Of a stretch of DNA of 64,000 nt, positions 54,033-64,000 are shown in pieces (position 1 is the stretch's first letter; every line of letters begins with the position of its first letter). The stretch covers positions 62,001 to 126,000 of the forward strand of contig OZ059898.1 in NCBI GenBank assembly GCA_964057225.1. The letters are read 5' to 3'. A program made the position numbers and the translations under genes. Under the pieces are notes generated by a model. That model saw nothing but the letters and a program-made list of their open reading frames with translations, was not told where the DNA came from and did not search any database. The stretch is from Auanema rhodensis (lineage: Eukaryota; Animalia; Nematoda).

Positions 54033-55616
54033 TTACATACCAAGTGCACATCACGTGTACATTTAATTAGCATAAATTAAAGTTCACGTAAATTTCAAAG
54101 TCATGGTTACCATGAACCAATATCAATAAAAATTTGTTTTTAGACTAATATGGACATGGGGAATCTAATTTTGAAAACCGCATTTCTTTATCTTTCACGT
54201 GAAGCGAGTTACATACCAAGTGCACATCACGTGTACATTTAATTAGCATAAATTAAAGTTCACGTAAAATTCAAAGTCATGGTTACCATGAACCAATATC
54301 AATAAAAATTTGTTTTTAGACTAATATGGACATGGGGAATCTAATTTTGAAAACCGCATCTCTTTATCTTTCACGTGAAGCGAGTTACATACCAAGTGCA
54401 CATCACGTGTACATTTAATTAGCATAAATTAAAGTTCACGTAAATTTCAAAGTCATGGTTACCATGAAGCAATATCAATAAAAAATTGTTTTTAGACTAA
54501 TATGGACATGGGGAATCTAATTTTGAAAACCGCATCTCTTTATCTTTCACGTGAAGCGAGTTACATACCAAGTGCACATCACGTGTACATTTAATTAGCA
54601 TAAATTAAAGTTCACGTAAATTTCAAAGTCATGGTTACCATGAACCAATATCAATAAAAATTTGTTTTTAGACTAATATGGACATGGGGAATCTAATTTT
54701 GAAAACCGCATTTCTTTATCTTTCACGTGAAGCGAGTTACATACCAAGTGCACATCACGTGTACATTTAATTAGCATAAATTAAAGTTCACGTAAAATTC
54801 AAAGTCATGGTTACCATGAACCAATATCAATAAAAATTTGTTTTTAGGCTAATATGGACATGGGGAATCTAATTTTGAAAACCGCATCTCTTTATCTTTC
54901 ACGTGAAGCGAGTTACATACCAAGTGCACATCACGTGTACATTTAATTAGCATAAATTAAAGTTCACGTAAATTTCAAAGTCATGGTTACCATGAAGCAA
55001 TATCAATAAAAATTTGTTTTTAGACTAATATGGACATGGGGAATCTAATTTTGAAAACCGCATCTCTTTATCTTTCACGTGAAGCGAGTTACATACCAAG
55101 TGCACATCACGTGTACATTTAATTAGCATTAATTAAAGTTCACGTAAATTTCAAAGTCATGGTTACCATGAACCAATATCAATAAAAATTTGTTTTTAGA
55201 CTAATATGGACATGGGGAATCTAATTTTGAAAACCGCATTTCTTTATCTTTCACGTGAAGCGAGTTACATACCAAGTGCACATCACGTGTACATTTAATT
55301 AGCATAAATTAAAGTTCACGTAAAATTCAAAGTCATGGTTACCATGAACCAATATCAATAAAAATTTGTTTTTAGACTAATATGGACATGGGGAATCTAA
55401 TTTTGAAAACCGCATCTCTTTATCTTTCACGTGAAGCGAGTTACATACCAAGTGCACATCACGTGTACATTTAATTAGCATAAATTAAAGTTCACGTAAA
55501 TTTCAAAGTCATGGTTACCATGAAGCAATATCAATAAAAATTTGTTTTTAGACTAATATGGACATGGGGAATCTAATTTTGAAAACCGCATCTCTTTATC
55601 TTTCACGTGAAGCGAG
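54033..55616. repeat. Local trimer (528 bp) higher-order repeat [AAC+C152T][AAC+T61A][AAG] x3
   Basis: Monomers 308-316; the same trimer occurs at monomers 303-305, 343-345 and 353-355. Confidence 0.82.
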
Positions 55617-56144
55617 TTACATACCAAGTGCACATCACGTGTACATTTAATTAGCATAAATTAAAGTTCACGTAAATTTCAAAGTCATGGTTACCATGAA
55701 CCAATATCAATAAAAATTTGTTTTTAGACTAATATGGACATGGGGAATCTAATTTTGAAAACCGCATCTTTTTATCTTTCACGTGAAGCGAGTTACATAC
55801 CAAGTGCACATCACGTGTACATTTAATTAGCATAAATTAAAGTTCACGTAAATTTCAAAGTCATGGTTACCATGAACCAATATCAATAAAAATTTGTTTT
55901 TAGACTAATATGTACATGGGGAATCTAATTTTGAAAACCGCATCTCTTTATCTTTCACGTGAAGCGAGTTACATACCAAGTGCACATCACGTGTACATTT
56001 AATTAGCATAAATTAAAGTTCACGTAAATTCCAAAGTCATGGTTACCCAGCACCAATATCAATAAAAATTTGTTTTTAGACTAATATGGACATGGGGAAT
56101 CTAATTTTGAAAACCGCATCTCTTTATCTTTCACGTGAAGCGAG

Positions 56145-58432
56145 TTACATACCAAGTGCACATCACGTGTACATTTAATTAGCATAAATTAAAGTTCACG
56201 TAAATTTCAAAGTCATGGTTACCATGAACCAATATCAATAAAAATTTGTTTTGAGACTAATATGGACATGGGGAATCTAATTTTGAAAACCGCATCTCTT
56301 TATCTTTCACGTGAAGCGAGTTACATACCAAGTGCACATCACGTGTACATTTAATTAGCATAAATTAAAGTTCACGTAAATTTCAAAGTCATGGTTACCA
56401 TGCACCAATATCAATAAAAATTTGTTTTTAGACTAATATGGACATGGGGAATCTAATTTTGAAAACCGCATCTCTTTATCTTTCACGTGAAGCGAGTTAC
56501 ATACCAAGTGCACATCACGTGTACATTTAATTAGCATAAATTAAAGTTCACGTAAATTTCAAAGTCATGGTTACCATGAAGCAATATCAATAAAAATTTG
56601 TTTTTAGACTGATATGGACATGGGGAATCTAATTTTGAAAACCGCATCTCTTTATCTTTCACGTGAAGCGAGTTACATACCAAGTGCACATCACGTGTAC
56701 ATTTAATTAGCATAAATTAAAGTTCACGTAAATTTCAAAGTCATGGTTACCATGCACCAATATCAATAAAAATTTGTTTTTAGACTAATATGGACATGGG
56801 GAATCTAATTTTGAAAACCGCATCTCTTTATCTTTCACGTGAAGCGAGTTACATACCAAGTGCACATCACGTGTACATTTAATTAGCATAAATTAAAGTT
56901 CACGTAAATTTCAAAGTCATGGTTACCATGCACCAATATCAATAAAAATTTGTTTTTAGACTAATATGGACATGGGGAATCTAATTTTGAAAACCGCATC
57001 TCTTTATCTTTCACGTGAAGCGAGTTACATACCAAGTGCACATCACGTGTACATTTAATTAGCATAAATTAAAGTTCACGTAAATTTCAAAGTCATGGTT
57101 ACCATGAACCAATATCAATAAAAATTTGTTTTGAGACTAATATGGACATGGGGAATCTAATTTTGAAAACCGCATCTCTTTATCTTTCACGTGAAGCGAG
57201 TTACATACCAAGTGCACATCACGTGTACATTTAATTAGCATAAATTAAAGTTCACGTAAATTTCAAAGTCATGGTTACCATGCACCAATATCAATAAAAA
57301 TTTGTTTTTAGACTAATATGGACATGGGGAATCTAATTTTGAAAACCGCATCTCTTTATCTTTCACGTGAAGCGAGTTACATACCAAGTGCACATCACGT
57401 GTACATTTAATTAGCATAAATTAAAGTTCACGTAAATTTCAAAGTCATGGTTACCATGAAGCAATATCAATAAAAATTTGTTTTTAGACTGATATGGACA
57501 TGGGGAATCTAATTTTGAAAACCGCATCTCTTTATCTTTCACGTGAAGCGAGTTACATACCAAGTGCACATCACGTGTACATTTAATTAGCATAAATTAA
57601 AGTTCACGTAAATTTCAAAGTCATGGTTACCATGCACCAATATCAATAAAAATTTGTTTTTAGACTAATATGGACATGGGGAATCTAATTTTGAAAACCG
57701 CATCTCTTTATCTTTCACGTGAAGCGAGTTACATACCAAGTGCACATCACGTGTACATTTAATTAGCATAAATTAAAGTTCACGTAAATTTCAAAGTCAT
57801 GGTTACCATGCACCAATATCAATAAAAATTTGTTTTTAGACTAATATGGACATGGGGAATCTAATTTTGAAAACCGCATCTCTTTATCTTTCACGTGAAG
57901 CGAGTTACATACCAAGTGCACATCACGTGTACATTTAATTAGCATAAATTAAAGTTCACGTAAATTTCAAAGTCATGGTTACCATGAACCAATATCAATA
58001 AAAATTTGTTTTGAGACTAATATGGACATGGGGAATCTAATTTTGAAAACCGCATCTCTTTATCTTTCACGTGAAGCGAGTTACATACCAAGTGCACATC
58101 ACGTGTACATTTAATTAGCATAAATTAAAGTTCACGTAAATTTCAAAGTCATGGTTACCATGCACCAATATCAATAAAAATTTGTTTTTAGACTAATATG
58201 GACATGGGGAATCTAATTTTGAAAACCGCATCTCTTTATCTTTCACGTGAAGCGAGTTACATACCAAGTGCACATCACGTGTACATTTAATTAGCATAAA
58301 TTAAAGTTCACGTAAATTTCAAAGTCATGGTTACCATGAAGCAATATCAATAAAAATTTGTTTTTAGAATAATATGGACATGGGGAATCTAATTTTGAAA
58401 ACCGCATCTCTTTATCTTTCACGTGAAGCGAG
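56145..58432. repeat. Local 5-mer (880 bp) higher-order repeat [AAC+T109G][CAC][AAG+A115G][CAC][CAC] x~2.6
   Basis: Monomers 320-332. This also explains the 880-bp spacing of the listed ORFs at 56531, 57411 and 58291; the third AAG monomer carries C113A instead of A115G. Confidence 0.85.
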
Positions 58433-61400
58433 TTACATACCAAGTGCACATCACGTGTACATTTAATTAGCATAAATTAAAGTTCACGTAAATTTCAAAG
58501 TCATGGTTACCATGAAGCAATATCAATAAAAATTTGTTTTTAGACTAATATGGACATGGGGAATCTAATTTTGAAAACCGCATCTCTTTATCTTTCACGT
58601 GAAGCGAGTTACATACCAAGTGCACATCACGTGTACATTTAATTAGCATAAATTAAAGTTCACGTAAATTTCAAAGTCATGGTTACCATGCACCAATATC
58701 AATAAAAATTTGTTTTTAGACTAATATGGACAGGGGGAATCTAATTTTGAAAACCGCATCTCTTTATCTTTCACGTGAAGCGAGTTACATACCAAGTGCA
58801 CATCACGTGTACATTTAATTAGCATAAATTAAAGTTCACGTAAATTTCAAAGTCATGGTTACCATGAAGCAATATCAATAAAAATTTGTTTTTAGACTAA
58901 TATGGACATGGGGAATCTAATTTTGAAAACCGCATCTCTTTATCTTTCACGTGAAGCGAGTTACATACCAAGTGCACATCACGTGTACATTTAATTAGCA
59001 TAAATTAAAGTTCACGTAAATTTCAAAGTCATGGTTACCATGAACCAATATCAATAAAAATTTGTTTTTAGACTAATATGGACATGGGGAATCTAATTTT
59101 GAAAACCGCATCTCTTTATCTTTCACGTGAAGCGAGTTACATACCAAGTGCACATCACGTGTACATTTAATTAGCATAAATTAAAGTTCACGTAAATTTC
59201 AAAGTCATGGTTACCATGCACCAATATCAATAAAAATTTGTTTCTAGACTAATATGGACATGGGGAATCTAGTTTTGGAAACCGCATCTCTTTATCTTTC
59301 ACGTGAAGCGAGTTACATACCAAGTGCACATCACGTGTACATTTAATTAGCATAAATTAAAGTTCACGTAAATTTCAAAGTCATGGTTACCATGAAGCAA
59401 TATCAATAAAAATTTGTTTTTAGACTAATATGGACATGGGGAATCTAATTTTGAAAACCGCATCTCTTTATCTTTCACGTGAAGCGAGTTACATACCAAG
59501 TGCACATCACGTGTACATTTAATTAGCATAAATTAAAGTTCACGTAAATTTCAAAGTCATGGTTACCATGAAGCAATATCAATAAAAATTTGTTTTTAGA
59601 CTAATATGGACATGGGGAATCTAATTTTGAAAACCGCATCTCTTTATCTTTCACGTGAAGCGAGTTACATACCAAGTGCACATCACGTGTACATTTAATT
59701 AGCATAAATTAAAGTTCACGTAAATTTCAAAGTCATGGTTACCATGAAGCAATATCAATAAAAATTTGTTTTTAGACTAATATGGACATGGGGAATCTAA
59801 TTTTGAAAACCGCATCTCTTTATCTTTCACGTGAAGCGAGTTACATACCAAGTGCACATCACGTGTACATTTAATTAGCATAAATTAAAGTTCACGTAAA
59901 TTTCAAAGTCATGGTTACCATGAAGCAATATCAATAAAAATTTGTTTTTAGACTAATATGGACAGGGGGAATCTAATTTTGAAAACCGCATCTCTTTATC
60001 TTTCACGTGAAGCGAGTTACATACCAAGTGCACATCACGTGTACATTTAATTAGCATAAATTAAAGTTCACGTAAATTTCAAAGTCATGGTTACCATGAA
60101 GCAATATCAATAAAAATTTGTTTTTAGACTAATATGGACATGGGGAATCTAATTTTGAAAACCGCATCTCTTTATCTTTCACGTGAAGCGAGTTACATAC
60201 CAAGTGCACATCACGTGTACATTTAATTAGCATAAATTAAAGTTCACGTAAATTTCAAAGTCATGGTTACCATGAACCAATATCAATAAAAATTTGTTTT
60301 TAGACTAATATGGACATGGGGAATCTAATTTTGAAAACCGCATTTCTTTATCTTTCACGTGAAGCGAGTTACATACCAAGTGCACATCACGTGTACATTT
60401 AATTAGCATAAATTAAAGTTCACGTAAAATTCAAAGTCATGGTTACCATGAACCAATATCAATAAAAATTTGTTTTTAGACTAATATGGACATGGGGAAT
60501 CTAATTTTGAAAACCGCATCTCTTTATCTTTCACGTGAAGCGAGTTACATACCAAGTGCACATCACGTGTACATTTAATTAGCATAAATTAAAGTTCACG
60601 TAAATTTCAAAGTCATGGTTACCATGAAGCAATATCAATAAAAATTTGTTTTTAGACTAATATGGACATGGGGAATCTAATTTTGAAAACCGCATCTCTT
60701 TATCTTTCACGTGAAGCGAGTTACATACCAAGTGCACATCACGTGTACATTTAATTAGCATAAATTAAAGTTCACGTAAATTTCAAAGTCATGGTTACCA
60801 TGAACCAATATCAATAAAAATTTGTTTTTAGACTAATATGGACATGGGGAATCTAATTTTGAAAACCGCATCTCTTTATCTTTCACGTGAAGCGAGTTAC
60901 ATACCAAGTGCACATCACGTGTACATTTAATTAGCATAAATTAAAGTTCACGTAAATTTCAAAGTCATGGTTACCATGAACCAATATCAATAAAAATTTG
61001 TTTTTAGACTAATATGGACATGGGGAATCTAATTTTGAAAACCGCATCTCTTTATCTTTCACGTGAAGCGAGTTACATACCAAGTGCACATCACGTGTAC
61101 ATTTAATTAGCATAAATTAAAGTTCACGTAAATTTCAAAGTCATGGTTACCATGCACCAATATCAATAAAAATTTGTTTTTAGACTAATATGGACATGGG
61201 GAATCTAATTTTGAAAACCGCATCTCTTTATCTTTCACGTGAAGCGAGTTACATACCAAGTGCACATCACGTGTACATTTAATTAGAATAAATTAAAGTT
61301 CACGTAAATTTCAAAGTCATGGTTACCATGCACCAATATCAATAAAAATTTGTTTTTAGACTAATATGGACATGGGGAATCTAATTTTGAAAACCGCATC

Positions 61401-64000
61401 TCTTTATCTTTCACGTGAAGCGAGTTACATACCAAGTGCACATCACGTGTACATTTAATTAGCATAAATTAAAGTTCACGTAAAATTCAAAGTCATGGTT
61501 ACCATGAACCAATATCAATAAAAATTTGTTTTTAGACTAATATGGACATGGGGAATCTAATTTTGAAAACCGCATCTCTTTATCTTTCACGTGAAGCGAG
61601 TTACATACCAAGTGCACATCACGTGTACATTTAATTAGCATAAATTAAAGTTCACGTAAAATTCAAAGTCATGGTTACCATGAACCAATATCAATAAAAA
61701 TTTGTTTTTAGACTAATATGGACATGGGGAATCTAATTTTGAAAACCGCATCTCTTTATCTTTCACGTGAAGCGAGTTACATACCAAGTGCACATCACGT
61801 GTACATTTAATTAGCATAAATTAAAGTTCACGTAAATTTCAAAGTCATGGTTACCATGAAGCAATATCAATAAAAATTTGTTTTTAGACTAATATGGACA
61901 TGGGGAATCTAATTTTGAAAACCGCATCTCTTTATCTTTCACGTGAAGCGAGTTACATACCAAGTGCACATCACGTGTACATTTAATTAGCATAAATTAA
62001 AGTTCACGTAAATTTCAAAGTCATGGTTACCATGAACCAATATCAATAAAAATTTGTTTTTAGACTAATATGGACATGGGGAATCTAATTTTGAAAACCG
62101 CATTTCTTTATCTTTCACGTGAAGCGAGTTACATACCAAGTGCACATCACGTGTACATTTAATTAGCATAAATTAAAGTTCACGTAAAATTCAAAGTCAT
62201 GGTTACCATGAACCAATATCAATAAAAATTTGTTTTTAGACTAATATGGACATGGGGAATCTAATTTTGAAAACCGCATCTCTTTATCTTTCACGTGAAG
62301 CGAGTTACATACCAAGTTCACATCACGTGTACATTTAATTAGCATAAATTAAAGTTCACGTAAATTTCAAAGTCATGGTTACCATGAAGCAATATCAATA
62401 AAAATTTGTTTTTAGACTAATATGGACATGGGGAATCTAATTTTGAAAACCGCATCTCTTTATCTTTCACGTGAAGCGAGTTACATACCAAGTGCACATC
62501 ACGTGTACATTTAATTAGCATTAATTAAAGTTCACGTAAATTTCAAAGTCATGGTTACCATGAACCAATATCAATAAAAATTTGTTTTTAGACTAATATG
62601 GACATGGGGAATCTAATTTTGAAAACCGCATCTCTTTATCTTTCACGTGAAGCGAGTTACATACCAAGTGCACATCACGTGTACATTTAATTAGCATAAA
62701 TTAAAGTTCACGTAAAATTCAAAGTCATGGTTACCATGAACCAATATCAATAAAAATTTGTTTTTAGACTAATATGGACATGGGGAATCTAATTTTGAAA
62801 ACCGCATCTCTTTATCTTTCACGTGAAGCGAGTTACATACCAAGTGCACATCACGTGTACATTTAATTAGCATAAATTAAAGTTCACGTAAATTTCAAAG
62901 TCATGGTTACCATGAAGCAATATCAATAAAAATTTGTTTTTAGACTAATATGGACATGGGGAATCTAATTTTGAAAACCGCATCTCTTTATCTTTCACGT
63001 GAAGCGAGTTACATACCAAGTGCACATCACGTGTACATTTAATTAGCATTAATTAAAGTTCACGTAAATTTCAAAGTCATGGTTACCATGAACCAATATC
63101 AATAAAAATTTGTTTTTAGACTAATATGGACATGGGGAATCTAATTTTGAAAACCGCATCTCTTTATCTTTCACGTGAAGCGAGTTACATACCAAGTGCA
63201 CATCACGTGTACATTTAATTAGCATAAATTAAAGTTCACGTAAATTTCAAAGTCATGGTTACCATGCACCAATATCAATAAAAATTTGTTTTTAGACTAA
63301 TATGGACATGGGGAATCTAATTTTGAAAACCGCATCTCTTTATCTTTCACGTGAAGCGAGTTACATACCAAGTGCACATCACGTGTACATTTAATTAGCA
63401 TAAATTAAAGTTCACGTAAATTTCAAAGTCATGGTTACCATGAACCAATATCAATAAAAATTTGTTTTTAGACTAATATGGACATGGGGAATCTAATTTT
63501 GAAAACCGAATCTCTTTATCTTTCACGTGAAGCGAGTTACATACCAAGTGCACATCACGTGTACATTTAATTAGCATAAATTAAAGTTCACGTAAATTTC
63601 AAAGTCATGGTTACCATGCACCAATATCAATAAAAATTTGTTTTTAGACTAATATGGACATGGGGAATCTAATTTTGAAAACCGCATCTCTTTATCTTTC
63701 ACGTGAAGCGAGTTACATACCAAGTGCACATCACGTGTACATTTAATTAGCATAAATTAAAGTTCACGTAAATTTCAAAGTCATGGTTACCATGAACCAA
63801 TATCAATAAAAATTTGTTTTTAGACTAATATGGACATGGGGAATCTAATTTTGAAAACCGCATCTCTTCATCTTTCACGTGAAGCGAGTTACATACCAAG
63901 TGCACATCACGTGTACATTTAATTAGCATAAATTAAAGTTCACGTAAATTTCAAAGTCATGGTTACCATGCACCAATATCAATAAAAATTTGTTTTTAGA

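Larger units (their letters stand above)
1..64000. repeat. 176-bp tandem satellite DNA array (~363.6 copies, single orientation), probably centromeric/pericentromeric
   Basis: TTACATACCAAG recurs at 1, 177, 353 and onward. Every line at 1+2640k (15 monomers) up to 63361 starts with the same bases, so the period is exactly 176 throughout. Monomer 1 has 57/176 G+C. The array runs off both window edges. The centromeric assignment is inference from monomer size and homogeneity only; the confidence refers to the repeat call. Confidence 0.99.

Noticed and set aside
45971-58473. Six 60-aa minus-strand ORFs (MLIKCTRDVHLVCNSLHV...)
   Set aside because: They are the satellite read through after substitutions (C113G, A115G, C113A) remove the minus-strand TAG (plus-strand CTA at monomer 113-115). 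There is no recognisable domain or gene context, and the copies follow the local duplications. Three different stop-removing alleles is mildly curious, but neighbouring positions 100-129 are similarly variable.
83-63973. AAC/AAG/CAC order as an information-bearing ternary code
   Set aside because: The order is explained by nested block duplications traced with independent private markers; nothing indicates a readout mechanism.
1-64000. CRISPR array or other repeat-spacer system
   Set aside because: There are no unique spacers; the entire 176 bp is repeated, and no cas or other genes are present.

Overview
The whole 64 kb window is one uninterrupted head-to-tail tandem satellite array. The monomer is 176 bp and about 32% GC, with 363 full copies plus one partial copy; monomer n starts at 176(n-1)+1. 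There are no genes, RNA genes, transposon insertions, inversions or CRISPR spacers. Consensus in window phase: TTACATACCAAGTGCACATCACGTGTACATTTAATTAGCATAAATTAAAGTTCACGTAAATTTCAAAGTCATGGTTACCATG[AAC/AAG/CAC]CAATATCAATAAAAATTTGTTTTTAGACTAATATGGACATGGGGAATCTAATTTTGAAAACCGCATCTCTTTATCTTTCACGTGAAGCGAG. Monomers differ by only 0-4 substitutions and I found no indel anywhere. The nucleosome-scale length, AT richness and homogeneity suggest a eukaryotic (peri)centromeric satellite core; this is inference, and I cannot name the family or organism. The six listed ORFs are artefacts of point mutations that remove one minus-strand stop codon in the repeat. The informative signal is in the variants: three co-dominant monomer classes, nested and irregular higher-order duplications (2- to about 60-mers), a left/right sub-domain switch near 41.5-44 kb, and a palindrome-dense monomer in which several variants perfect quasi-palindromes. 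I do not see evidence of a novel gene-based system. Variant calls and counts were read by eye and should be confirmed by alignment.
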